Source: Pseudomonadota bacterium
Lineage (GTDB): Bacteria; Pseudomonadota; Gammaproteobacteria; Eutrophobiales; Eutrophobiaceae
Reading direction: 5' to 3'
Assembly: GCA_038142205.1 (NCBI GenBank)
Contig: JAYQJO010000001.1
Location: 678,527-742,526, forward strand
DNA: 64,000 nucleotides
Positions 1 through 9,553 of the stretch are shown here, piece by piece. How positions within the stretch are numbered: the first letter of the stretch is position 1; each line of letters starts with the position of its first letter. The translations under genes and the position numbers were made by a program. The notes below the pieces were generated by a model. It had not been told where the DNA came from and ran no database searches. It saw nothing but the letters and a program-made list of their open reading frames with translations.

Positions 1-2109
1 GCCAAAGACGCAAATAAGGAAGAAAGCAACGACGGAACCACAGGTTTTACATATACCGTTAAGCTCGACAATGCTGCATCAGAGGCTTTCGATGTTAACT
101 GGAAAGTAGGTGATGACAGCAAGACCAACAAAGATGATTTCGCAGCGGACACTGGAAAGTTAAGTTTTGCCAAAGGCGATCAATCAAAAGATCTGGTGGT
201 TCAAGTCAAAGGTGATAAGGCATGGGAGGGTAATGAAGAGTTCACCGTTGCGATTGATGAAACCACACTACCAAAGGGAATTAAGCTGGGCGCCAATTCT
301 ACAGCAAAGGGAACGATCAAAAATGACGATTACCCAACTATTTCAATCGTTGGTCCAGGAGACAGCGTAAATGAAGGAAACAGCGATTCAGAATTAGTTA
401 TTTTTGCTGTTTATGTTCAAGATAATGGAAATGAAATTTCCTCTGATAAGGTGATATCAGCTGTCACGATCGATTGGAAGATATTGTTAGAAAGCGAGAA
501 TGCAACGGATAAAAACGATTTTACCGATGATACAAAGTTATCAGGAACTTATAAGGTTGATAAAGATACAGCTTCATACAATTATCTGGATTTCAAGGTA
601 AAAGGGGATGAGATCTGGGAGTCAGACGAAACAGTTACTATTGAAGTTACGCATTCAATTATCGAATCTGGACAAACCAAAGAGTTAGGGAAAACGCGTA
701 GTTCCGTAACAATAAAAAATGATGACGCGAAAGATTACTGCGCTGACGATCCTTGTAAAAATAACGGTCAATGTAGTAACGATTTAGAAAAGAAAACATT
801 TAGTTGTGCTTGTACCACAGAGTATAAAGGAACGACTTGTGATCAGTTAATAAACAACCCACCTGTCGTTAAAAAGAAGATAGAGGATCAGATAAAAACA
901 GTAGGAGACTGGGTATATTTGCAATTTAATTATACTGATTATTTCAGTGATGCGGATGGTGACGGTCTTGCTCTGGAGATAACAGGTTACCCTGAAAGCT
1001 TGTCTTTTACTTATCCTACTCCCGGCGGTGGCAGCATGATTAGTGGTACGCTGAAAGATAAGGATGTCCGAGAACACACAATCACCGTCACTGCAAAAGA
1101 TGGTAAAGGTGGCAAAGAATCGACAACCTTCAAGCTGACTGTTAAGGCTAAAGATAATTCAAGTATTATAAATGCAACATGTCCTGTAGTGACACCATTC
1201 AGATGTCCGGATAACACATGTAAAGCAACACACTCAGATTGTACTAGAACATCGTCAGCTACCGGCTGTCCTAAAATCACATGTCCTGATGGAAGTTGTG
1301 TTGAATATATAGCAAGTTGCCCTAAAGCTTCGACTAGTACTGCTTCAAGCAAAAAAACAACTGACTTCAAAGTCGTTAATAAAACAGTGTCTGTTTCACA
1401 AACAATCGATGAAAAAGAAGACAGCGACGGTAATAAGTCACTTACCTTTACCATTGAATTGAGTTGCCCAACAGACAAACCGGTTGAATGTTCAGCGAAT
1501 ACCTGTGCGCCAACACAAGCAGAGTGCACGACAACGGGAACGACATGTTCAGGTACGACACCCGTACAATGTGCTGATGGTAGCTGTGCAGTAAATCAGA
1601 CGAGTTGTCCTACAGTAGGGACGACTTGTGCAGCACCGACACCATTCAGATGTCCGGATAACACATGTAAAGCAACACAATCAGATTGTCCTGCTGAGAC
1701 ATCATCAGCATGCGCTACTGGTCAAGTGTTATGCAAAGATGGTTCATGCGCTAGTTCACCAAATCAGTGTCCTACAGTAGGGACGACTTGTGCAGCACCG
1801 ACATCGATTAGATGTCCGGATAACAGATGTAAAGCAACACAAGCAGAGTGCACGACAACGGGAACGACATGTTCAGGTACGACACCCGTACAATGTGCTG
1901 ATGGTAGTTGTGCAGTAAATCAGACGAGTTGTCCTACAGTAGGGACGACTTGTGCAGCACCGACACCACTCAGATGCCCTGATAACACATGTAAAGCAAC
2001 ACAATCAGAGTGTACTAGAACATCGTCAGCTACCGGCTGTCCTGCGACAGCGCCAATTACATGTAATGATGGAAGTTGTAGACCTACTTTAGGCGAGTGT
2101 CCGAGATAA
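1..2109 (+). CDS. Large secreted/surface protein, 3' part only (the gene starts upstream of the window). It has Calx-beta-like motifs, an EGF-like module, and tandem Cys-rich repeats.
   Basis: Frame 1 is open from nucleotide 1; the first ATG in the ORF track is at 196. The motif 'DDxWEGNEEFTVAID...TIKNDD' resembles Calx-beta. 'CADDPCKNNGQCSNDLEKKTFSCACTTEYKGTTCDQ' has EGF-like cysteine spacing. It is followed by repeated 'CPDNTCKATQSDC' and 'CADGSCAVNQTSCPTVGTTCAAPT' units. Repeats 1516-1641 and 1850-1975 are near-identical at the nucleotide level. Confidence 0.7.
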   Translation, partial: AKDANKEESNDGTTGFTYTVKLDNAASEAFDVNWKVGDDSKTNKDDFAADTGKLSFAKGDQSKDLVVQVKGDKAWEGNEEFTVAIDETTLPKGIKLGANSTAKGTIKNDDYPTISIVGPGDSVNEGNSDSELVIFAVYVQDNGNEISSDKVISAVTIDWKILLESENATDKNDFTDDTKLSGTYKVDKDTASYNYLDFKVKGDEIWESDETVTIEVTHSIIESGQTKELGKTRSSVTIKNDDAKDYCADDPCKNNGQCSNDLEKKTFSCACTTEYKGTTCDQLINNPPVVKKKIEDQIKTVGDWVYLQFNYTDYFSDADGDGLALEITGYPESLSFTYPTPGGGSMISGTLKDKDVREHTITVTAKDGKGGKESTTFKLTVKAKDNSSIINATCPVVTPFRCPDNTCKATHSDCTRTSSATGCPKITCPDGSCVEYIASCPKASTSTASSKKTTDFKVVNKTVSVSQTIDEKEDSDGNKSLTFTIELSCPTDKPVECSANTCAPTQAECTTTGTTCSGTTPVQCADGSCAVNQTSCPTVGTTCAAPTPFRCPDNTCKATQSDCPAETSSACATGQVLCKDGSCASSPNQCPTVGTTCAAPTSIRCPDNRCKATQAECTTTGTTCSGTTPVQCADGSCAVNQTSCPTVGTTCAAPTPLRCPDNTCKATQSECTRTSSATGCPATAPITCNDGSCRPTLGECPR

Positions 2110-2137
2110 AAGAATGATGAGAACACTTAACTACATA

Positions 2138-2290
2138 TTTTTCTTTTTTTCTCAGTGTTTGGTATTTTTATATTACCTGTCGTTAGTGCGGACGAAGACT
2201 CTGTGTCCGTTCCTTATTCTATTGATGGCATTAATCAGGATGATGTACTTGAAGATGGTAAGTTAAAAGGTAATGTCGAGTTTAAAAAAA
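2138..2290 (+). other. Homopolymer tracts (T5+T7 at 2138-2150; A7G4 at 2284-2294) that separate a signal-peptide-like N-terminus from the body of the surface-protein gene. They may be phase-variation switches or homopolymer miscalls.
   Basis: Three reading frames each carry one protein-like piece of a single N-terminal region. Switching frame at the T and A runs gives a continuous signal peptide plus mature protein. Confidence 0.45.
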
Positions 2291-4735
2291 GGGGAGAACT
2301 CTAAAACCATTACAATAAAAATAAAAAAGGATGCGAGTAAAAGTGGTGATGACGAACCTAAATTCTCACTTGGCGAAACGGATGATAAGAAAGTAAAACG
2401 CGGTAAAAATAATTCCGTCGCGATTAAACTGCCTGATACTCTGAAGCCTGCTGTCGCGAAAAACACCCCACCGACGGGTGCTGATAAGACAATTCAGGTA
2501 TTAGGAAACGACTCTTATACAAAAGCTTCGGAATATAGTGGCGCTTATTATGAATTTTCAGAAAAAGACTATGGTTTTAGTGATGCAGATGAGGGTGATT
2601 CTCTTTATACAGTTAAAATACTAAGTTTACCTGAGAGAGGGTGGTTATCAGGAGTTTTCTCTAATGGTACTTCAGGAAATCCGAAAGTCGGTGATGTGTT
2701 AGATAGTATTTATCTTGATGCATTGAGGTATTACCCCGTCGATGATGAGAGCGGTACCGTTAGTTTTCAATTTAGTGTCTCTGACAGTAAAGCCTTTTCT
2801 GTGCCCTATACCATGACGTTGAATTTTTCATGTCCTGAAGGTGAAGAATTAAAAGATGGTAAGTGTGTTGCAAAGAATACCCCACCGACGGGTGCTGATA
2901 AGACAATCCAGGTATTAGGAAACGACTCTTATACAAAAGCTTCGGAATATAGTGGCGCTTATTATGAATTTTCAGAAAAAGACTATGGTTTTAGTGATGC
3001 AGATGAGGGTGATTCTCTTTATACAGTTAAAATACTAAGTTTACCTGAGAGAGGGTGGTTATCAGGAGTTTTCTCTAATGGTACTTCAGGAAATCCGAAA
3101 GTCGGTGATGTGTTAGATAGTATTTATCTTGATGCATTGAGGTATTACCCCGTCGATGATGAGAGCGGTACCGTTAGTTTTCAATTTAGTGTCTCTGACA
3201 GTAAAGCCTTTTCTGTGCCCTATACCATGACGTTGGATTTTTCTGCTGTAGAGAAAACGAACACGCCTACTATTCAAGCCAACAGAAATATCATTGCGAA
3301 ACCGAATCCGGTTGAGTCAGGTGGTGTCGTCAGTCTTGATGCCAGAGGTACAGGTGTTTTTTATCAATATACAATTGAACCCGGTGCTCATACTGAAAGA
3401 TGGGAAGGATTTTGTGTTCCCGGCATTGCCGATAGAGCAACAATTGAGGATAACTCAAGCAAAACACCTGGGAATAACTTTAGCAAAAAAGGTCCTGCTC
3501 CATTTAATTTCATAGATGGAAAAATCGTTTTTGAGAATGATACGCTTAAAACCACGTGGACTGCGCCGATCAATACGACGAATGAAGTTATGACGTGTAA
3601 ATTAACGGTTATTGCTTCAAACAACGACGGCAATGCGTTTGCTCAATCTGTATTTGTCACTGTCTTACCTACTAAACAAGTCGCTGATACCAATTTGGTC
3701 GATGACAAACTGACACCCAAACCTAAGAAGGAATTTAAGTTAGTCGAGAACAGCAGGAAATTCTTGTTATATGATTCGCGTTTAATTAATGGCATCAGCT
3801 TAACTCAAGAAACAAGCTTTACTGATGCAGTTAATGCCGCTATTAATTGTCCTGCCAATAAACCGATACTTTGTTCGGATATGACATGTGCGGTATCAGA
3901 CGATGCGTGTACGACAACAACAACTACGACCACAACAGCCGCTGCGCCACCTGAAATCTGCGGTAACCTTGTTGATGATGATGGAGATACTCTTATCGAC
4001 TTTGCCGACCCTGATTGTACTACTGCGGAAAACGCTGGTGCAGGAAACTGTGGTGATTTTTTTGATAATGATAATGATGGCTTAACAGATTTTGCCGACG
4101 CTGGTTGTACTACTGCGGAAAACGCTGGTGCAGGAAACTGTGGTGATTTTTTTGATAATGATAATGATGGCTTAACAGATTTTCTCGACCCTGATTGTGT
4201 TGAAACAATATGTAATGACTTTACTGATAATGACAGTGATGGCGCTATAGATTTTGCTGACCCTGATTGTACTACTGCGGAAAACACTGGCGCAGGAAAT
4301 TGTGCTGACGGATTTGATAATGATAATGATGGCTTAACAGATGGGGCTGACCCAGATTGCGCACCAGCGTCATCGGCATTAACACTGGTTCCGCCTTTAC
4401 TTAACGATACTTCGTTTGCAAATACAATTGTGATTGTCGTCAATGGAGCAAATCTTAGTACGGTAATAGATGCTGACGCAGACTCGGTGGCGAACTCGCT
4501 ATTTCATGTACAGTTTACTGGTCCAGGAAGTGCTCTTGCGGTTCCTGCCACAGGTACCACTGTTGATAACACGAATATGTTGATGGACGGACCAAACATT
4601 GGACTCGGTTTTACAAGAGGCGGTATTACTTATGAAATCAATCTCGGTTTGACCATTACTTTTGACGATGACATTACCACCGATGCCTTGAGCGGTAGAA
4701 ATTGTGGGGCAGGAGGGACAGCACCATGTCCATGA
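2273..4735 (+). CDS. Large repeat-rich surface protein. It contains a 138-aa tandem duplication, a poly-Thr linker, and Cys-bracketed DxDxDG calcium-binding-like repeats. The true start may lie upstream at 2114, reached through two homopolymer frame changes.
   Basis: An 820-aa ORF. Near-identical direct repeats lie at 2459-2832 and 2873-3246. 'TTTTTTTTAAAPP' follows. Then come three 30-aa units, 'CTTAENAGAGNCGDFFDNDNDGLTDFADxxC'. The ATG at 2114 (frame 2) encodes 'MMRTLNYIFFFF'. Frame 1 continues as 'FSVFGIFILPVVSA|DEDSVSVPYSIDG...' after a T5/T7 run at 2138-2150. It rejoins the frame of 2273 at the A7 run at 2284-2290. Confidence 0.65.
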   Translation: MSSLKKGENSKTITIKIKKDASKSGDDEPKFSLGETDDKKVKRGKNNSVAIKLPDTLKPAVAKNTPPTGADKTIQVLGNDSYTKASEYSGAYYEFSEKDYGFSDADEGDSLYTVKILSLPERGWLSGVFSNGTSGNPKVGDVLDSIYLDALRYYPVDDESGTVSFQFSVSDSKAFSVPYTMTLNFSCPEGEELKDGKCVAKNTPPTGADKTIQVLGNDSYTKASEYSGAYYEFSEKDYGFSDADEGDSLYTVKILSLPERGWLSGVFSNGTSGNPKVGDVLDSIYLDALRYYPVDDESGTVSFQFSVSDSKAFSVPYTMTLDFSAVEKTNTPTIQANRNIIAKPNPVESGGVVSLDARGTGVFYQYTIEPGAHTERWEGFCVPGIADRATIEDNSSKTPGNNFSKKGPAPFNFIDGKIVFENDTLKTTWTAPINTTNEVMTCKLTVIASNNDGNAFAQSVFVTVLPTKQVADTNLVDDKLTPKPKKEFKLVENSRKFLLYDSRLINGISLTQETSFTDAVNAAINCPANKPILCSDMTCAVSDDACTTTTTTTTTAAAPPEICGNLVDDDGDTLIDFADPDCTTAENAGAGNCGDFFDNDNDGLTDFADAGCTTAENAGAGNCGDFFDNDNDGLTDFLDPDCVETICNDFTDNDSDGAIDFADPDCTTAENTGAGNCADGFDNDNDGLTDGADPDCAPASSALTLVPPLLNDTSFANTIVIVVNGANLSTVIDADADSVANSLFHVQFTGPGSALAVPATGTTVDNTNMLMDGPNIGLGFTRGGITYEINLGLTITFDDDITTDALSGRNCGAGGTAPCP
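2459..3246 (+). repeat. Tandem direct duplication inside the surface-protein gene. The copies are 2459-2832 and 2873-3246 with a 414-bp period.
   Basis: About 372 bp with only 3 mismatches, encoding a 122-aa module 'AKNTPPTGADKTIQVLGNDSYTK...SVPYTMTL'. Confidence 0.9.
4016..4350 (+). repeat. A 90-bp tandem repeat (two identical copies at 4016-4105 and 4106-4195, and a diverged third at ~4268-4350). It encodes the motif 'CTTAENAGAGNCGDFFDNDNDGLTDFxDxxC'.
   Basis: Read directly from the sequence. Confidence 0.85.
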
Positions 4736-5295
4736 TGAAAATAATTACATTCAAAGCATCAATAGCGGCTCTTCTGCTCATGTTTACTTTAGGCAGTATT
4801 CATACTGATGTTGAAGCGCGTGATTTTCGTTCTATCCGCTATGTCGAGTCACCTAAACTCAAAGACATGATAAACAAAGCCCAATTTAAAGATGGTGGTT
4901 TATCGCCAGAAGCAGAGGGGCTTAATTTAAAACCGATTCCGCAAGAAGCGGTACGGCAAGCCGTGCGTGATTTTTTTGCGGCATGGAACAATGGTCCTGG
5001 TTCGTTGGCTTCACATCTTGATCCGGAGTTTGTGAATGCCGCTCGCTTAATTGATTCAATTAATGATGTTGTACCCAGAGATGCCACCGTACGCGTGCTG
5101 GCGATCAGTTCGATAGTAACGCGACCCGACGAAATAGTTTGGTTATCAGAAGAAGATAAAACTAAGGGTTTTGATAGGAAAACCAAAGTTTCTGTCGTTG
5201 TTACGACGCAACTTGAATTTACTAATACCAATGGATTACAAAAAATTAGGGGTAATAGTGAATATAACTTTAACGTCACTGAGGAATACAGATAA
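4726..5295 (+). CDS. Hypothetical secreted protein (~190 aa).
   Basis: ATGs at 4726, 4732 and 4735 overlap the TGA of the upstream gene. The N-terminal signal peptide is 'MKIITFKASIAALLLMFTLGSIHT'. No recognisable family. Confidence 0.5.
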   Translation: MSMMKIITFKASIAALLLMFTLGSIHTDVEARDFRSIRYVESPKLKDMINKAQFKDGGLSPEAEGLNLKPIPQEAVRQAVRDFFAAWNNGPGSLASHLDPEFVNAARLIDSINDVVPRDATVRVLAISSIVTRPDEIVWLSEEDKTKGFDRKTKVSVVVTTQLEFTNTNGLQKIRGNSEYNFNVTEEYR

Positions 5296-5297
5296 AC

Positions 5298-7502
5298 ATG
5301 GGGCGTAGATTAATTTCATTTAATCGTTTATCTATTTCGAGTGTGATGCTCTTTACGAGCATTAACATGATGTCGTCTGTTATGGCAGAGGATGCTGATG
5401 GCCTGTTATTAGATTGGAGTATTAGTGGCTACAACACATACCGTGTGGATAATTATGAAGACAGCGGCAATATTTCTTCTAGTCCTTATCCTAATCGTGG
5501 CTTTCAACAATTTGACGATTTTAGTATCCAACTCAGTCGTGAAGTCTCTGAGTATGAAAATATCGAAGCACAGATTTCTGGAACGGTTGATGATTCGGAA
5601 TACAGAACGTCTGAAGAAGGTTTGATTTTTGAACGCGGTTACATCAATTGGGAGAAAGGCGATGGGGCGATACCGTTTCGTGCCGAACTCGGCGATTTTT
5701 TTGGTAATCAAAGCTTGCGTACATTGCAACGTTCTTTAAAAGGTGTGCAAATAGATTTACAACCTGATTTCTTGTTTCCAACTCCGCATTCGATACAGTT
5801 GTTTAGTGGTGTGACGAATAGTACCTATCGTAGCTTGAGTGATAATAAAAATTTCTTTACGGGCGGATCTTGGCTTGTACCAGAGAACAAACTCGGTGCG
5901 TTTATATTAACTGCGGTTAATAACACGACGCAATCCACCTTAACGACACCGAGATTAAACCAAACTGTGTACAGCATGGCTTGGGCTAAAGAAGCGTCGT
6001 ATTGGAATCAGAGTATAGAGCTTGAAGCAGAATATGGTTTTCTTTCCGGTGACGTATCCACTACCGAACTCAATAAGCATGACAATGGTTTTTTTACGCA
6101 ATTGAAAGGGAAGAGTGAAAATATTCCACTAACTTATCGGCTTCGACATGAACGCTATGGTGATGATTTCAGACCAAACGGTTCTTCTATCACCTCTAAT
6201 CAACGTGCCTCAGAAATTCATTTAGGCTGGCGTTTTACTACCGGGCTCAGTGCTAGAGCACGATTACAAACTTTCAGAACGAACTGGAGAACATCAAATT
6301 ATACGGATAGAGATGTTGTTGGTTTAACATTTAGTGGGCCTTTAATACCCTCTATTGGGTTAACGGGTAGTTTAGGATCGTTTATATCCGATACTGAAAC
6401 GGCGGATAAAACAACGAGTTCATTTTCGAACGCGACTAATGCCTCATTTTCGATGCCGATTGCTGATCATTGGGTAGCGCGTTTAGGTGGTGTGTTAACG
6501 CAAGTTGATAATCGTGTTGCGGGCACGGCAACAGTTAACCGCCAAATATCGTTAGGGCTGATTCATGATTTTAATTTCCATGGTTTTACCGGTTCTATTT
6601 CACCGAGTTTGAATCTCAGAGACAGTATCAGTGCGGGTAGTACAATCCAATCCGACATTTCACCTTCAGTGTCATTGAATGTACGAAAAGGTTCACACAG
6701 TTTAGCGTTTTCTCATAATGTCCAGATATTGGATACAAAGAGTTTGACGGGAACAGATACAGATACATTTCAATCGGCATTGAATTATTCCTACACGAAA
6801 AACGCGCATCGTATACAAATTGAAGCGAATCATTTTGACCGCAATCCGACACCCGGCAGTGGCACCGATGCGTATCGTATCGGCATAGGCTGGACCTATA
6901 ATTTTGATAGGCCCGCTCGCGTGATACCAAGGCCCGATCAAAAGTCAGCAGCTGAAACACAAGCGCCTGTTGAGGCGGCTCCCATGGCCATTGATGCTCA
7001 GCCGGATATAATAGAATTGATTCCGGGTATGGATATGAAAGTTGTTAAAGCCAGATTGGAACAGTCAGGCATTATCGAACCTCTCGTCAGAGGAGAATTG
7101 GAAATCTATGAAACGCCATTTATTGAGAGTATTGATCATCGTCAACGTTTAGGTTTGATTTCAGAAAATGGCTTTTTAGAAAAATCGGTACTTGTTATCG
7201 ACTTTGATGATCTGGGTGATATAGATAGTGCTTCTCAGATATATGATGAAGTACGTAAAGTCTTATTTGATCGCTATGGTCCGCCAACGACAAATATTGA
7301 AGAAGGCGTTTTTTCAGATAACATAAGAAGCGAATTACGCTCTGGTACTTTTCAACGAATTCTCGAATGGCAAACGACATCCAGTGTATTACGTTTTGGT
7401 ATTCCTGACAGAACCGATGGTCAAGTTAGAATGGAAATCATCCATGCTACACGCTTTTCTTCTGGCGAGGATAATTTCTGGAGTACCGAAGCGCTTAGAT
7501 AG
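5298..7502 (+). CDS. Outer-membrane beta-barrel protein with a ~200-aa C-terminal soluble extension.
   Basis: A signal peptide ('MLFTSINMMSSVMA') is followed by ~500 aa of alternating amphipathic strands, ending in a barrel-terminal 'YRIGIGWTYNF'. A Pro/Ala linker and a globular C-terminal domain follow. Confidence 0.55.
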   Translation: MGRRLISFNRLSISSVMLFTSINMMSSVMAEDADGLLLDWSISGYNTYRVDNYEDSGNISSSPYPNRGFQQFDDFSIQLSREVSEYENIEAQISGTVDDSEYRTSEEGLIFERGYINWEKGDGAIPFRAELGDFFGNQSLRTLQRSLKGVQIDLQPDFLFPTPHSIQLFSGVTNSTYRSLSDNKNFFTGGSWLVPENKLGAFILTAVNNTTQSTLTTPRLNQTVYSMAWAKEASYWNQSIELEAEYGFLSGDVSTTELNKHDNGFFTQLKGKSENIPLTYRLRHERYGDDFRPNGSSITSNQRASEIHLGWRFTTGLSARARLQTFRTNWRTSNYTDRDVVGLTFSGPLIPSIGLTGSLGSFISDTETADKTTSSFSNATNASFSMPIADHWVARLGGVLTQVDNRVAGTATVNRQISLGLIHDFNFHGFTGSISPSLNLRDSISAGSTIQSDISPSVSLNVRKGSHSLAFSHNVQILDTKSLTGTDTDTFQSALNYSYTKNAHRIQIEANHFDRNPTPGSGTDAYRIGIGWTYNFDRPARVIPRPDQKSAAETQAPVEAAPMAIDAQPDIIELIPGMDMKVVKARLEQSGIIEPLVRGELEIYETPFIESIDHRQRLGLISENGFLEKSVLVIDFDDLGDIDSASQIYDEVRKVLFDRYGPPTTNIEEGVFSDNIRSELRSGTFQRILEWQTTSSVLRFGIPDRTDGQVRMEIIHATRFSSGEDNFWSTEALR

Positions 7503-7606
7503 TTATGTTTTTTTTACAGCTGAATAATATTAAAGTGACAGAATTATTATAAGTATTACAATAACCAGCACGATGGAACATTGTTCACTTTAGCTGTCTA
7601 AAAAAT

Positions 7607-7879
7607 ATGGTACAAAAGAACATACTAAACCAAATAATGATTTTATTGATGGTGATTTTGCTATCAATTTCATTTTCAGCTATTTCTGAAGAAGACGAAA
7701 AGCGTAGTGTTAAGCCTATAGACGGTGAATTGGTCTTACCTGACGATTACAATAAAGCAGAAGATAAAAAATGTGTTACGGTCTGTGATCGTTGGGGGGA
7801 AGACTGTATACTCAATCCGAGTACGGGTAGTCGGAAATGTCGGCGAGTATGCAAATCATTTGCTGAACAATGTTTCTAA
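7607..7879 (+). CDS. Small secreted cysteine-rich protein (90 aa, 6 Cys in the mature part).
   Basis: An N-terminal hydrophobic signal peptide; the ORF lies in an intergenic gap upstream of tRNA-Leu. Confidence 0.4.
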   Translation: MVQKNILNQIMILLMVILLSISFSAISEEDEKRSVKPIDGELVLPDDYNKAEDKKCVTVCDRWGEDCILNPSTGSRKCRRVCKSFAEQCF

Positions 7880-8030
7880 AAACGTTATTATCTAGCCCAC
7901 CTGTTATATTCAGATTTACAATACAAACTAGCGACTAATAGAATTAACTTTCTTGTATGGATGTTTGTTGTATGGGATCAGTTTGTGCTTATTAAAAACA
8001 GAGAAACAGGTGTTTCTCGAGCCAAAAAAA

Positions 8031-8115
<85 letters not shown>

Positions 8116-8204
8116 ATTAAGATATCTTTGCTATATTATTATGAAATAATAATGTTTATAGTTAAGGTATTGAATTTATTTAATATTTGAGGTTTATGAG
8201 TAGG

Positions 8205-9521
8205 ATGCAAGTATCAGTAGAAAATACCAGTTCGCTTGGGCGTAAGATTAAAGTTGAACTACCACAAGATGAGATCAGCACGGAAGTGAATAATCGTCTT
8301 CAAAATATGACCAAGACGACAAAGATTCAGGGCTTTCGGCCAGGAAAAGTACCTTTAAAAGTGATTCAAGGCCGTTATGGTGTTCAGGTGCGCAAAGAAG
8401 TCGTCGGAGCAATGGTAGAAAAGAGTCTTTATGAAGCCATCAGCCAAGAAAAGCTTAATATCGCCGGTCTACCAAAAATTGATGAATTGAGTGATGAACT
8501 TGGCAAAGATATAGCCTATACCGCAGTTTTTGAAATTTACCCTGAAGTGACTCTCAAGCCTATGGCCGATGTTAAGGTCGAGAAAATGACTTGTGATGTG
8601 TCTGATGATGATGTTGCGAAAATGATAGAAATGCTCCGTAAGCAACGTCGTGAGTTAAAGCCTGTCGAAAGAGCGGCGAAAGATGGCGATAGCATCAATA
8701 TTGATTTTGAGGGGTTTATTGATGGTGAAGCTTTTGAGGGCGGTAAAGCCGAAGGTTATGACCTTGAGTTAGGAGCTAATAGTTTTATTGAAGGCTTTGA
8801 GGAAGGATTGATAGGAAAGTCAGCTGGAGATGACGTTACTTTGGATTTGAAATTTCCCGATGACTATGGAAATGAAACTTTAAAAGGAAAGCAGACCGAA
8901 TTTAAGGTCAAAGTTAATCTGGTTAACGAGTCTGTCCTGCCTGAAATTAATGAAGCTTTTATGGAGCAGTTTGGCGTTAAAGATGGTAAGGAAGAAACAT
9001 TGACTGCTGAAATCCGTCGTAATATGGAACGTGAAGTTGAGTTGGCGACGCGTCGACAATTGAAGGAAACGGTATTTGAGTCTTTACGTGAAGAAAACGA
9101 GGTTGAATTACCGCAATCGTTGATTGAGAGTGAACAACATCGTATCAAGCATGAAATGGCAGAACGACTAAAACAGCAAGGTATGGATGGCGGCGCGATT
9201 GGCGATGCAGATGTGTCTTTATTTGCTGATGAGGCTAAAAAGCGTGTTTCATTACAATTAATTGTGGGTGAAATCATTAAACAAAATGAATTAAGTCCTG
9301 ATCAGGAAAAAGTACGCCAGATGATCGAACAAGCAGCAGCTGGCTATGACGATCCTAATACTGTAATAAACTGGTATTACTCGGATAAAAAGAACCTGAA
9401 GGAAGTCGAATCGTTGGCTCTCGAAGAGAGTGTGATTGACTGGGTATTAGAGCATGCGACTGTTTCTGACAAGGCATACACGTTTGACGAAATTATGAAT
9501 AAAGGGCAGACTGCTGCCTAA
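8205..9521 (+). CDS. tig: Trigger factor.
   Basis: The N-terminus 'MQVSVENTSSLGRKIKVELP' matches E. coli Tig 'MQVSVETTQGLGRRVTI'. It sits upstream of clpP-clpX-lon. Confidence 0.93.
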   Translation: MQVSVENTSSLGRKIKVELPQDEISTEVNNRLQNMTKTTKIQGFRPGKVPLKVIQGRYGVQVRKEVVGAMVEKSLYEAISQEKLNIAGLPKIDELSDELGKDIAYTAVFEIYPEVTLKPMADVKVEKMTCDVSDDDVAKMIEMLRKQRRELKPVERAAKDGDSINIDFEGFIDGEAFEGGKAEGYDLELGANSFIEGFEEGLIGKSAGDDVTLDLKFPDDYGNETLKGKQTEFKVKVNLVNESVLPEINEAFMEQFGVKDGKEETLTAEIRRNMEREVELATRRQLKETVFESLREENEVELPQSLIESEQHRIKHEMAERLKQQGMDGGAIGDADVSLFADEAKKRVSLQLIVGEIIKQNELSPDQEKVRQMIEQAAAGYDDPNTVINWYYSDKKNLKEVESLALEESVIDWVLEHATVSDKAYTFDEIMNKGQTAA

Positions 9522-9553
9522 AGTTATTACAGATTATACCGATATAAATTGCT

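Noticed and set aside
8864-9277. Antisense ORFs inside tig, clpX, lon and ppiD (e.g. 8864-9277 -, 10528-10728 -, 11101-11424 -, 15547-15870 -).
   Set aside because: They lie fully within well-supported conserved genes on the opposite strand. Their sequences are low-complexity with no motifs. These are typical shadow ORFs.
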